Below, piece by piece: positions 1 through 9,377 of a stretch of 64,000 nt of DNA. Both the position numbers and the translations under genes were made by a program. The stretch covers positions 31,869-95,868 of the forward strand of contig JAIEMQ010000002.1 in the NCBI GenBank assembly GCA_019752015.1, given 5' to 3'. The notes beneath the pieces are model-generated. The model saw nothing but the letters and a program-made list of their open reading frames with translations. It did not search any database and was not told where the DNA came from. The stretch is from Cyanobacteriota bacterium. GTDB lineage: Bacteria; Acidobacteriota; Vicinamibacteria; Vicinamibacterales; UBA2999. How positions within the stretch are numbered: the stretch's first letter is position 1; each line of letters begins with the position of its first letter.

Positions 1-39
1 GGCCTTGTACAATTGAGCTCTCCGTAGCTCACTCCGTGC

Positions 40-1077
40 ATGGCCGATATCGAACGCTTCACTCCTGACGATCGACGAGGCATCGAGCAGCTTCACCGGC
101 GCACGCTCGGCAACGAAGCCGCCGAGCGTCTGCGGCTGCATTGGGACTGGGCGCGGCGAAATCCCGCCAACGGCGTCGAGCCTCCGTATTGGGTGGTGCG
201 CGAAGGCCCGACGGTGATCGCCGCGTCGCCGCTGACTCCCGTCAAAGTCAACATTGCCGGCACCGAAGTCGCGGGCACGTGGAGTTCGGATCCGCTCGTC
301 GTCGCGGAGCGCCAACGACAGGGCCTCGGCGGATCGCTCCTTCGCGCGTGGGATCGCGGCACCGGCGTCGCGCTCGGCGCGGCGCTGTCGGCGGCGACGC
401 GCGGCCGGCTCGATGAAATGCGCTGGCCGAAGTCGCAGCCGCTGCCGTGCCTGGTGAAGCCGATCAGCCGCCGCGCCTTCCGGATTCCGACCTGGCCGGT
501 GGCGATCAATCGCCTCGTCTCCGCGATCGCGCTGCCGCTCGTGCGCGTGGTCTCGCGGACGCAGCCGCTGAAGGAAGAAGTCGAAGTCGTGCGGCGGTTC
601 GACGCGCGCGTCGATCGCCTCTGGAAGCGGCTGGCGAGCCGCTTCATATTGTCGGTGCGCCGCGATGCGCGATACCTGAATTGGAAGTACGCTGAGCCGC
701 CACACGTTCGATACGCGATGGCGCTGCTGCGCCGCGGCGAGGACGTCGAAGGCTACGTGGTCTACCGGCACTTGCGCGAACCGCAGGGACGCGTTACGCA
801 GATCGTCGACCTGATGGCCGATCCGTCGGATGAGCGCGGCATCAAGACGCTGGCGCGGTGGGTCGATCGCGAAGCACGCATGGACGACTCGGACAAGATT
901 CGCTGTTACGCCACGAACGCGGCGTTCAGGCGCGTGTTGCGCCGCTCGGGATACTTCGTCGTGAAGTCGGGAATCGATCTGACCGTGAAGGTCAACGCGG
1001 TGCCGGTCCCGAAGGGCTTTTATGATTCGGCCGATGAGTGGCATTTCACTCTCGGAGACGGAGAGTTGGATCACTGA
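40..1077 (+). CDS. GNAT-family N-acetyltransferase
   Basis: 345-aa ORF with acetyl-CoA-binding motif ERQRQGLG; size fits a two-domain GNAT. Confidence 0.7.
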   Translation: MADIERFTPDDRRGIEQLHRRTLGNEAAERLRLHWDWARRNPANGVEPPYWVVREGPTVIAASPLTPVKVNIAGTEVAGTWSSDPLVVAERQRQGLGGSLLRAWDRGTGVALGAALSAATRGRLDEMRWPKSQPLPCLVKPISRRAFRIPTWPVAINRLVSAIALPLVRVVSRTQPLKEEVEVVRRFDARVDRLWKRLASRFILSVRRDARYLNWKYAEPPHVRYAMALLRRGEDVEGYVVYRHLREPQGRVTQIVDLMADPSDERGIKTLARWVDREARMDDSDKIRCYATNAAFRRVLRRSGYFVVKSGIDLTVKVNAVPVPKGFYDSADEWHFTLGDGELDH

Positions 1078-1078
1078 T

Positions 1079-1525
1079 ATGTCACTAGAGCAATCACTCG
1101 GCGCCGACATCGTCACCGCGATGAAGGCGAAGGATCAAACGAAGTTGACGGCGCTCAGGATGTTGAAGACGGCGCTGACCAACAAGAGCATCGAGAAAGG
1201 CCGCGCGCTCGAAGGCGCCGAGGAGCTCGCCGTGGTGTCGATGCTCGTCAAACAGCGCCGCGATTCGATCGAGCAGTTCACCAGGGGCGGCCGCGCGGAC
1301 CTGGCCGATAAGGAACAAGCGGAGATCGCGATCCTGAATGCCTACCTGCCGGCGTCCGCGTCGGACGACGAGATCGCGGCGGCGGTCACCGCGGCGATTG
1401 CCGAGACGGGTGCGACCGGCGCGAAGGACATGGGCAAGGTGATGAAGGCGGCGATGGCGGGCCTGGCCGGGAAAACCGTTGACGGGAAGAAGGTCAGCGA
1501 AACTGCGAAGGCGAAACTCGGCTGA
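1079..1525 (+). CDS. GatB/YqeY domain protein
   Basis: AMKAKD..LTALRM, KQRRDSIEQF, DMGKVM motifs; ATG at 1079 just after the upstream stop. Confidence 0.9.
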   Translation: MSLEQSLGADIVTAMKAKDQTKLTALRMLKTALTNKSIEKGRALEGAEELAVVSMLVKQRRDSIEQFTRGGRADLADKEQAEIAILNAYLPASASDDEIAAAVTAAIAETGATGAKDMGKVMKAAMAGLAGKTVDGKKVSETAKAKLG

Positions 1526-1635
1526 GTTTCGTCCCAGGCCTTTTCACAACCTTTACAAACCCCAGGCAAACATTTTTGCCTGACGGCCCGTCTATTACTT
1601 TGAAAGGCCTAGTCAGCCTCTCACCATCCTCCTTG

Positions 1636-1670
1636 GGGCTCCGGCCGAACGGCCTGAGCCCTGATTTTTT
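1636..1670 (+). terminator. Intrinsic terminator-like hairpin with U-tract
   Basis: GGGCTC-CGGCC-GAAC-GGCC-TGAGCCC followed by TGATTTTTT. Confidence 0.6.
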
Positions 1671-1708
1671 CCCCCGAACGGGTCATCTCATTACACGGGC
1701 GTAATCCC

Positions 1709-1742
1709 GCTTGTCCGCCGTAGCCCTTGGGCGAAGGCGGAT
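1709..1742 (-). repeat. Palindromic repeat family A (consensus ~GTCCGCCTTCGCCAAGGCTACGGCGAGACAGGC)
   Basis: Reverse-complement copy of the element also seen at 10400, 21294, 42591 and 43481. Confidence 0.75.
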
Positions 1743-1811
1743 CTGTTCGTCTCCGGGACGACGTTCCAGAGGCGGGCAGAGAGGGACTCTCTGTTACGCT
1801 TCTTGCCATTG

Positions 1812-3404
1812 ATGGCCGATAACCAACCACGCCTGGCCCGGTCTGCCGGGGTTTTCGGGCTGGCGACCATCACGAGCCGTATCCTCGGCCTCGTTCGCGA
1901 CCAGGTCGTGGCGTTCTACTTCGGCGCCGGGGACGCCAACGACGCGTTCCGCGTCGCGAGCCGCATTCCCAACCTCGTCCGCGATCTCTTCGCCGAAGGG
2001 GCGATGAGCGCGGCGTTTGTGCCGACGTTCACAAGGCAGCTGACGCTGCACGGCCGCGAGCAATCGTGGCGCCTGGCCAGCTCGGTGATCAACGCGCTGC
2101 TGATCGTCACCGGCGTGATCGTCGTGCTCGGCATCGTGTTCGCGGCGCCGCTGGTGCGCCTGTTCGCGTCGGAGTTCAGCGACGTCCCCGGCAAGATCGA
2201 GCTGACGATCTACCTCACGCGCATCGTCTTCCCGTTCCTGACGCTGGTCGCGGTCGCGGCGGTGTTGATGGGGATGCTGAATTCGCTCGGCCACTTCTTC
2301 ATTCCGGCGCTGTCGCCCGCGATGTTCAACGTGGCCGTGGTAGTGATCTCGCTGACGTTGATCCCGTTCTCATCATCGATCGGCGTGCAGCCGATCACGA
2401 TCGTGGCGATCGCGACGCTGGTCGGCGGATTCGGACAGTTGATCATCCAGTGGCCGCCGCTGCGCAAGGAGGGCTTTCGCTATCAGCCGGTACTCGATCT
2501 GAAGGACGAAGGCCTGCTGCGCGTGCTGCTGTTGATGGGCCCCGGCACGATCGGCATGGCGGCGACGCAGATCAACGTGTTCGTCAACACGGTGCTGGCG
2601 ACCGGCGAAGGCACCGGTGCGGTATCGTGGCTCGATTTCGCGTTCCGGCTGATGTATCTGCCGATCGGGCTGTTCGGCGTCTCGATCGCCACGGCGGCAA
2701 CGCCGGCGATCTCGCGCATGGTGGCCGAACAGGACTTCGAGCGCATTCGATCGACGCTGGCCAACGCGCTCGGCCTGATGCTGTTCCTCAACCTGCCCGC
2801 GACCATCGGCCTGATCGTGCTGGCGCGCCCGATTGTCGCGATGATCTTCGAGCACGGCAACTTCACCGCGGCGGATACGATCGCGACGGCCGCGGCATTA
2901 CAGCTGTACGCCATCGGACTGGTCGGCTATTCGATCGTGCGCATCATCTCGCCGACGTTCTATGCCGTCGGCAGAAGCCGCATTCCGGTGATGGTCTCGG
3001 CGGGATCGGTGCTCGTGAACATCGCGCTGAACATCACGCTGGTTCGCGTGCTCGGCTATCGCGGGCTGGCGCTCGGCACCTCGATCACCGCAATCATCAA
3101 CGCCAGCGTTCAGCTGTTCCTGTTGCGGCGCGAGATTCACGGCATGCACGGCTCGCGCATCGCCGCATCGTTCATGAAAGTGATCGTCGCGTCAGCGGTG
3201 ATGGGCGGCGTCACGTGGATCGTTCACGAAACGATGATCTCGTGGTTGCCCGGCGACTCGCTGGCCTCGCAGATGTTGCGGCTGCTCGTCACTATTGCAC
3301 TTTCCCTCGCGGCGCTCGTGGGCGCCGCGCAAGTGTTGCGCATCCAGGAATATGCGGAGGCGCGTGATCTGATCGTCGGCCGTTTCAGAAGGATGGTCGG
3401 TTGA
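1812..3404 (+). CDS. murJ: Lipid II flippase MurJ (MviN)
   Basis: SRILGLVRD, RIPNLVRDLFAEGAMSAAFVP and RLMYLPIGLFG motifs; many TM segments. Confidence 0.95.
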   Translation: MADNQPRLARSAGVFGLATITSRILGLVRDQVVAFYFGAGDANDAFRVASRIPNLVRDLFAEGAMSAAFVPTFTRQLTLHGREQSWRLASSVINALLIVTGVIVVLGIVFAAPLVRLFASEFSDVPGKIELTIYLTRIVFPFLTLVAVAAVLMGMLNSLGHFFIPALSPAMFNVAVVVISLTLIPFSSSIGVQPITIVAIATLVGGFGQLIIQWPPLRKEGFRYQPVLDLKDEGLLRVLLLMGPGTIGMAATQINVFVNTVLATGEGTGAVSWLDFAFRLMYLPIGLFGVSIATAATPAISRMVAEQDFERIRSTLANALGLMLFLNLPATIGLIVLARPIVAMIFEHGNFTAADTIATAAALQLYAIGLVGYSIVRIISPTFYAVGRSRIPVMVSAGSVLVNIALNITLVRVLGYRGLALGTSITAIINASVQLFLLRREIHGMHGSRIAASFMKVIVASAVMGGVTWIVHETMISWLPGDSLASQMLRLLVTIALSLAALVGAAQVLRIQEYAEARDLIVGRFRRMVG

Positions 3405-4585
3405 AGGAACGGGGCTGGCTCGGCCTGCACAAGTCGATCTGGAAGGTGGCGTCCACGCACGTGGCCGTCGACGCCTACAACAACATGTACGCGCCGATGC
3501 TGCCGCTGTTGATTCCGCATCTCGGCCTGTCGCTGTCGGCGGCCGGCGTGCTGGCGATGTGTTTCCAGATGGCCAACTCGGTATCGCAGCTCGGCTTCGG
3601 CGCGCTCGCCGATCGCTGGAAGCCGCGGGTGCTGGTCATCGGCGGGCCGCTGCTGGCGGTCATCGTCATGAGCATGATCGGCCTCGCCGTCTCGCCGCTG
3701 ACGCTCGGCATCATTCTCGTCATTGGCGGACTCGGCGGCGCGGCCTTCCATCCACCCGCGGCGGCGCTCGTCTACAAACTTGCCGATCATCGCAAGGGGC
3801 TGGCGATGTCGACGCATCTGTCCGGCGGCTCGCTCGGCTTCGCTGCGGCGCCGGTGCTGTTCGCGCCGTTCATTGCCAGGGTGGGGCTGCAGTGGTCGCC
3901 GGTGGTGATGATTCCCGGGCTGATCGCGCTCTCGTGGACGCTGCGGCAGGTGCCGGCCATGCAATCGCCGCACGCGCACGAGCGATCGACGCTCGCGTCG
4001 CTGCGGCCCGCGGCCGTCCCGTTGACGCTGCTCTATTTCACGATCGTGCTGCGAACCGCGGCGACGTATGGGTTCATGACGTTCACGCCGACGTTGCTGA
4101 CACGGCAGGGCTGGACGATCGCCGAAGCGAGCACGGCCGTTTCGCTCTATCTCTTCGCGAGCGGAGTCGGCGGTTTCCTGGGCGGACCCGCCGCGGATCG
4201 CGTCGGCGCCAAACGCGTCATCGTCTGGACGCTGATCGCCGCCGTACCGTTCATGGCGCTCGCTCCGCACCTGCCGCCACTCGGATTCACCGCAATGCTG
4301 GCGATCGGCGGCCTGTTGCTGCAATCGACGCTGCCGATCAGCGTGACGTTCGCGCAGAGCTTCGTCAAGGGAGGCGCCGCCACCGTCTCGTCATTGATGA
4401 TGGGCTTTGCGTGGGGCATGGGCAGCCTCACGGTGCCGCTAATCGGGATGGGCGCGGACCGCTACGGTATCCGCGAAACGCTCGCCGTGGTGGCGTTCAT
4501 CCCTTTACTGGCCGCGGTCCTCGCGTGGCGGCTTCCCGATCGCGGCGCGCACCATGTTGAGCCCGAGGTAGATCCGCTGCCGTAA
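3401..4585 (+). CDS. MFS transporter (Fsr-like)
   Basis: About 12 hydrophobic segments; GALADRW and GPAADRVG MFS loops; GAAFHP. Confidence 0.85.
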   Translation: MKERGWLGLHKSIWKVASTHVAVDAYNNMYAPMLPLLIPHLGLSLSAAGVLAMCFQMANSVSQLGFGALADRWKPRVLVIGGPLLAVIVMSMIGLAVSPLTLGIILVIGGLGGAAFHPPAAALVYKLADHRKGLAMSTHLSGGSLGFAAAPVLFAPFIARVGLQWSPVVMIPGLIALSWTLRQVPAMQSPHAHERSTLASLRPAAVPLTLLYFTIVLRTAATYGFMTFTPTLLTRQGWTIAEASTAVSLYLFASGVGGFLGGPAADRVGAKRVIVWTLIAAVPFMALAPHLPPLGFTAMLAIGGLLLQSTLPISVTFAQSFVKGGAATVSSLMMGFAWGMGSLTVPLIGMGADRYGIRETLAVVAFIPLLAAVLAWRLPDRGAHHVEPEVDPLP

Positions 4586-4586
4586 T

Positions 4587-4619
4587 TTCCGGTTCCCGGC
4601 TCCCGGCTCCCGGTTCCCG
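4587..4619 (+). repeat. Heptamer tandem repeat (CCCGGYT)n
   Basis: ttccggttcccggctcccggctcccggttcccg directly after the MFS stop; the same unit recurs at ~44352. Confidence 0.85.
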
Positions 4620-4635
4620 TATTACGATTCAGCTG

Positions 4636-5400
4636 GTGGCAAGGTACCCCTCTTCCGGCGTCGGTTACCAGTTCGGACCGGGCGGCATCACGCCGGCCGT
4701 CAAGATCCTGATCATCGCGAACGTCGTGGTGTTCGCGCTGAACCTGATCGTCGGCCAGGCAATGACGCTGCGGCTGGCGCTGACGCCGGTGGCCGTCTTC
4801 CAGGGACTCGCCTTGTGGCAGCCGTTCACGTACATGTTCCTGCACAGCACGGGCGGCTTCGGGCACATTCTCTTCAACATGCTCGCGTTGTGGATGATCG
4901 GCACCGAGCTCGAGCGCACGTGGGGCACGCGGTTTTTCGTCAAGTACTACCTCGTGACCGGCGTTGGCGCGGCGGCGACGACGCTCGTGATCGCGCTCTT
5001 CAGCAGCACGATTTACTACACGCCGACGGTCGGCGCGTCGGGCGCCATCTACGGACTGCTGCTCGCGTACGGAATGTACTTCCCGCACCGGATGCTGATC
5101 CTGTTCATCTTTCCGGTGCCCGCGCGGATCGCGGTGTTCATCCTCGGCGCGATCGCGCTGTTGTCGTCGGCCGGCGGCGTCGGCGGCGGCGTCGCGCACT
5201 TCGCGCACCTCGGCGGCCTGGTCGTCGGCTACCTGTATTTGAAGACGCTGCGCACGCGGCCGATGGACGAACTGAAGTACCGCTACCTGAAATGGAAGAT
5301 GGGCCGCGCCCGCAGCAAGTTCGACGTCTACTCAGGCGGACGATCGTCCGACGACATTGACGAGGAATGGAAGACGGAGTGGAAGAAGCACATTCACTAA
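4636..5400 (+). CDS. Rhomboid-family intramembrane serine protease
   Basis: HILFNM, catalytic GASG and AHFAHLGG motifs. Confidence 0.92.
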   Translation: MARYPSSGVGYQFGPGGITPAVKILIIANVVVFALNLIVGQAMTLRLALTPVAVFQGLALWQPFTYMFLHSTGGFGHILFNMLALWMIGTELERTWGTRFFVKYYLVTGVGAAATTLVIALFSSTIYYTPTVGASGAIYGLLLAYGMYFPHRMLILFIFPVPARIAVFILGAIALLSSAGGVGGGVAHFAHLGGLVVGYLYLKTLRTRPMDELKYRYLKWKMGRARSKFDVYSGGRSSDDIDEEWKTEWKKHIH

Positions 5401-5429
5401 TTAAAAATTAAAAGTGAAAAGTTAAAAAT
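5399..5429 (+). repeat. AT-rich heptamer array, left arm of an inverted pair
   Basis: AATTAAAAATTAAAAGTGAAAAGTTAAAAAT matches the reverse complement of 5677-5707 at 29/31 positions. Confidence 0.85.
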
Positions 5430-5670
5430 GGCGCGCCGGCTTCAAGCCCGCTAACATCGCGACAACGTTCGCGGGAAACTCTTCGAGCGCGTCGTTGTAC
5501 AGCTTGACGTGCTTGTTGTAGACGGCCGTGATCGCGTCGTTCGCCTGATCGGCCTCGAGCTTTTTCCACGCCAGCTTCACTTGGTCGCGTAACCCGACAA
5601 GCCGCCGATAGACCGTCAGCAACCACGCTGCCGCAACGAGAAGCACGCCGACCGTGAACAGCACATTCAC
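5422..5670 (-). CDS. Small LemA-like membrane protein (internally shortened)
   Basis: N-terminal TM helix plus YRRLVGLRDQVKLAW, joined to a LemA-type C-terminus YN..V..YN..LEEFPANVVA; only 82 aa. Confidence 0.6.
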   Translation of the reverse strand: MNVLFTVGVLLVAAAWLLTVYRRLVGLRDQVKLAWKKLEADQANDAITAVYNKHVKLYNDALEEFPANVVAMLAGLKPARHF

Positions 5671-5676
5671 GTCTTT

Positions 5677-5716
5677 ATTTTTAACTTTTAATTTTTAATT
5701 TTTAATTTTTAGTTTT
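5677..5716 (-). repeat. AT-rich heptamer array (TTTTTAA)n, right arm of the inverted pair
   Basis: atttttaacttttaatttttaatttttaatttttagtttt. Confidence 0.85.
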
Positions 5717-5717
5717 T

Positions 5718-6095
5718 TCACTTCTCGGTCGGCTTGTCGTGAAAGTACTTGTCGCTGCCGTCGAGCCAGTCGTGGCGGATCGGGCTGAAGATGTCCATCT
5801 CGAACGTGTCGTCGATGGCCTCGGCCTGGTGCGGCACCCACGACGGGATGTGCAGCACTTCGCCTTCGCGCACCGTGATCTCCTCGCCGTTGATCAGGAA
5901 GCGCAGGCCGCCCTGCAGCACGTAGGTCATCTGCTCGCTCTCGTGCGAGTGCATCGGCACGATCGCGCCGCGCTTCAAATAGATCTGCGTCACCATTTCG
6001 CGCTCGCCGGTGATGATCTTGCGCGAGATCATTTCGGTGACTTTTTCGAGCGCGATTTCGTCCCAGCGGTAGAGGCGTACCGGTCGTGAACTCAT
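5718..6095 (-). CDS. Cupin-domain protein
   Basis: PMHSHESEQ and IPSWVPH cupin motifs; DIFSPIR. Confidence 0.9.
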   Translation of the reverse strand: MSSRPVRLYRWDEIALEKVTEMISRKIITGEREMVTQIYLKRGAIVPMHSHESEQMTYVLQGGLRFLINGEEITVREGEVLHIPSWVPHQAEAIDDTFEMDIFSPIRHDWLDGSDKYFHDKPTEK

Positions 6096-6121
6096 TGGTT
6101 TTTCCGTGTGGTTTCGCGCGG

Positions 6122-6149
6122 ATTATAGCATCGGGCCGGATGGTATAAT
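6122..6149. promoter_or_regulatory. Back-to-back extended -10 promoters
   Basis: TGCTATAAT on the minus strand (6130-6122) facing the cupin gene; TGGTATAAT on the plus strand (6141-6149) 9 nt before the E1 ATG. Confidence 0.65.
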
Positions 6150-6158
6150 TTTGCTCAC

Positions 6159-8300
6159 ATGAAGGCTTCGACGCTCGCATCCAGGCCCGACGCGCACAGC
6201 GAGACCAGCGCGCGTTGGGAAGGCCTTTCCGGCGACGAGTTGCTGCGGGCGTATCGGACGATGCTCCTGTCGCGGCGCATCGACGACAAAGAGATACAAC
6301 TCAAGAACCAGAGCCTGATCTTTTTCCAGATCAGCGGCGCGGGCCACGAAGCGGTGTTGACCGCCGCCGGCATGCACCTGCGGCCGGGCTACGACTGGTT
6401 CTATCCCTACTATCGCGATCGCGCGCTGTGCCTGACGCTCGGCATGACGTCGCTCGAAATGCTCCTCGCCGCCGTCGGCGCCAAGGACGATCCGAATTCC
6501 GGCGGCCGCCAGATGCCGTCGCACTGGGGACACAAGCGGCTCAACATCCCCTCGCAGGGCAGCCCGACCGGCACGCAGTGCCTGCATGCCGTCGGCGCCG
6601 GCGAGGCCGGCATGATCTACGAGCGCGTCACGGCGATCGCCGATCGCGAAGAGCGCTTTCACTCCGACGAGATCACGTATTTATCGATCGGCGAAGGCGC
6701 GACGAGCGAAGGCGAGTTCTGGGAATCGCTGAACACCGCCTGCACACGCTGCGTCCCGGTGCTGTACCTCGTCGAAGACAACGGTTACGCAATCTCGGTG
6801 CCCGTCGAAGTGCAGACACCGGGCGGCGACGTATCGCGGCTGGTCGAATCGTTCCCCAACCTGCGCGTCTCGCGCTGCGACGGCACCGACTTCATCGAGA
6901 GCTATCGCACCATCGGCGAGGCCGCGGCCTACGTCCGCCGCGAGCGCAAGCCGGCATTCGTGCACGCCAAGGTGATTCGGCCGTACTCGCACTCGCTGTC
7001 GGACGACGAGCGGCTCTATAAGACGCCGGACGAGCGCAAGGGCGAAGCGCTGCGCGATCCGCTGACGAAAATGCGCGCGTTCCTGCTCAAGGAACAGATC
7101 GCGACCGACGCCGATCTCGAATCGATCCTGCAGTCGGTCGATCGCGAGATTGCCGAATCCACGGAAGCGGCGCTGAAGGCGCCGAAGCCGTCGGTCGATT
7201 CAGCGGCGTCATTCGTGTTTTCACCGACGGTCGATCCTGCGTCGAAGCAGTTCCTGACGTCGGCGCAGCCCGAAGGCAAGCCCGACACGATGGTCGGCGC
7301 GATTAATCGCACGCTCAAAGACGAAATGGCGAAGAACCCGCGCATTGTCGTGTTCGGCGAAGACGTCGCCGATGCGAGCAAGGCGTCGGCGCTGCCGCAC
7401 GTGCCCGGCAAGGGCGGCGTCTTCAAGGTCACGCACGGACTGCAGAAGGCCTACGGCGCCGATCGCGTGTTCAACTCGCCGCTCGCCGAAGCCAACATTG
7501 TCGGCCGCGCCGTCGGCATGGCGACGCGCGGCTTGAAGCCGGTCGTCGAGATCCAGTTCTTCGACTACATCTGGCCGGCGATGATGCAGCTCAAGGACGA
7601 AATGTCGATGCTGCGCTACCGCTCGGGCAACAACTGGTCGTGCCCGATGGTGATCCGCGTGCCGATCGGCGGCTACCTGCGCGGCGGCGCGCCGTATCAC
7701 AGCCAGTCGGGCGTCAGCATCTTCGCGCACTGCCCGGGCGTGCGCATCGCGTTCCCGAGCAATGCGATCGACGCCGCGGGACTGCTGCGCACCGCCATCC
7801 GGTGCGACGATCCCGTGCTGTATCTCGAGCACAAGCATCTCTATCGCCAGACCTACAACAAGGGCATCTATCCGGGCGCGGACTACATGGTTCCGTTCGG
7901 CAAGGGATCGCTCCGCCGCGAAGGCACCGACATGGTGGTGCTGACGTGGGGCGCGCTGGTGCAGCGCTCATTGCTCGCCGCGCAGCAGGCGGAGAAGGAC
8001 GGCATCAGCGTGGCGGTGTTCGATCTGCGCACGATCATCCCGTACGACTGGGACGGCATCGCGTCACTCGTGCGGAGCACGAGCAAAGTCATAGTCGCTC
8101 ATGAAGACACGTTGACCTGCGGCTTCGGCGCCGAGATCGCCGCGCGCATCGGCGAAGAGCTGTTCGAGTACCTCGATGCGCCGGTCAAGCGCGTCGCCGC
8201 GCTCGACTGCCCGGTCGCGTATTGCCCGGATCTTGAAGAGCGGATCCTGCCTCAATCGTCCGACGTCCTCGCCGCCATCAAAAAACTCGCGGCCTATTGA
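6159..8300 (+). CDS. 2-oxoacid dehydrogenase E1, fused alpha/beta subunits (branched-chain type likely)
   Basis: TPP-binding GEGATSEG...[37 protein letters not shown]. Confidence 0.92.
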   Translation: MKASTLASRPDAHSETSARWEGLSGDELLRAYRTMLLSRRIDDKEIQLKNQSLIFFQISGAGHEAVLTAAGMHLRPGYDWFYPYYRDRALCLTLGMTSLEMLLAAVGAKDDPNSGGRQMPSHWGHKRLNIPSQGSPTGTQCLHAVGAGEAGMIYERVTAIADREERFHSDEITYLSIGEGATSEGEFWESLNTACTRCVPVLYLVEDNGYAISVPVEVQTPGGDVSRLVESFPNLRVSRCDGTDFIESYRTIGEAAAYVRRERKPAFVHAKVIRPYSHSLSDDERLYKTPDERKGEALRDPLTKMRAFLLKEQIATDADLESILQSVDREIAESTEAALKAPKPSVDSAASFVFSPTVDPASKQFLTSAQPEGKPDTMVGAINRTLKDEMAKNPRIVVFGEDVADASKASALPHVPGKGGVFKVTHGLQKAYGADRVFNSPLAEANIVGRAVGMATRGLKPVVEIQFFDYIWPAMMQLKDEMSMLRYRSGNNWSCPMVIRVPIGGYLRGGAPYHSQSGVSIFAHCPGVRIAFPSNAIDAAGLLRTAIRCDDPVLYLEHKHLYRQTYNKGIYPGADYMVPFGKGSLRREGTDMVVLTWGALVQRSLLAAQQAEKDGISVAVFDLRTIIPYDWDGIASLVRSTSKVIVAHEDTLTCGFGAEIAARIGEELFEYLDAPVKRVAALDCPVAYCPDLEERILPQSSDVLAAIKKLAAY

Positions 8301-8390
8301 AAGTAAAAAGGAAGAAGGAAGAACGAAAAAGTGAAAGCGGCGCTTCTCGCTCTTACTTTTTCATTTTTCGTTTTTCCTTTTGACTTTCAA
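8297..8390. repeat. 43-bp imperfect inverted repeat built from purine-rich heptamers
   Basis: 8297-8339 versus the reverse complement of 8348-8390: 36/43 identical, 8-nt loop. Confidence 0.8.
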
Positions 8391-9338
8391 CCTGGCCGGG
8401 TCGAGGTTTTGAAGTCGACGGCCGGTCTACCGCCCCATGTCGTTGGCCTCTTCCGCGATCCAATCGGCTTCAAGCAAATCGCCAACGGCGACTACTACGT
8501 CTTCGACCGACGCGGGCACACCGTCTACCGCGTCGATCCGTCGGGCGCCAACGCCACGAAGCTGGTGCAAATCGGCGCCGAAGAAGGGCGCCTGATCGAG
8601 CCGAGCGCGTTTGACGTGGCGAACAACGGGACCTTTGCCGTGGCGGATGGTCCGAACGGCCGCGAGCGCATTTCGATCTTCAGTCCCGCCGGCGGATGGA
8701 CCACGGGGTTTTTTCTGCCGGGCCGCGGCGTCTCGCGCGTCGTACTGGGATCGTTGACGCTGAGCGGTGTCGGCACGCTGTCCTACAACGGCCGATCGCT
8801 GCTGATGAGTCATCCTGAAACGGGCTGGCTGATCACGGAGTACGGATCGGCCGGCACGCCGATTCGATCGATCGGCCAGCTTCGCAAGACCGGCCACGAG
8901 CCCGATCGCGATCTGCATCTCGCCTGGAACGCCGGGATTCCGATCGCGGCGGCTGACGGCGGATTCTTCTTCGTCTTCATGGCCGGCGCGCCGGCGTTTC
9001 GCAAGTACGACGGCAAGGGCGAGTTGATCTACGAGCGGATCATCCAGGGCCGCGAGATCGATCCGCTCGTCGCGGCCATTCCAGATCGCTGGCCGCGCCG
9101 AGCCGCGGGCGAGCTGCCGATGGTGTCGCCGCTGGTCCGGACCGCGGCCGTAGATCGATCCGGCAGGCTCTGGGTTTCATTCGTCATTCCGTATTCTTAT
9201 GTGTTTGACCCGGCCGGCGAAAAAATCCGGACGGTCCAGTTCAGGGGTGCTGGAATCGTTGCGCCGTCGAGCCTGTCGTTCAACGACAACGGCCGTGTGC
9301 TGGTCACACCCGGGTGTTATGAGTTCGCGGCGCAATGA
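8331..9338 (+). CDS. Secreted beta-propeller (6-bladed/NHL-like) protein, function unknown
   Basis: Hydrophobic N-terminus; repeats such as EPSAFDVANNGTFAVAD and AAVDRSGRLWV. Confidence 0.6.
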   Translation: MKAALLALTFSFFVFPFDFQPGRVEVLKSTAGLPPHVVGLFRDPIGFKQIANGDYYVFDRRGHTVYRVDPSGANATKLVQIGAEEGRLIEPSAFDVANNGTFAVADGPNGRERISIFSPAGGWTTGFFLPGRGVSRVVLGSLTLSGVGTLSYNGRSLLMSHPETGWLITEYGSAGTPIRSIGQLRKTGHEPDRDLHLAWNAGIPIAAADGGFFFVFMAGAPAFRKYDGKGELIYERIIQGREIDPLVAAIPDRWPRRAAGELPMVSPLVRTAAVDRSGRLWVSFVIPYSYVFDPAGEKIRTVQFRGAGIVAPSSLSFNDNGRVLVTPGCYEFAAQ

Positions 9339-9377
9339 CGATAAGAAGGCGTACGGTAAGATCGTCATTTCATATCT

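Noticed and set aside
1565-1579. Sigma54 promoter (GGCA...TTGC)
   Set aside because: GG-to-GC spacing is 11 nt rather than the required 10; better explained as a palindrome.
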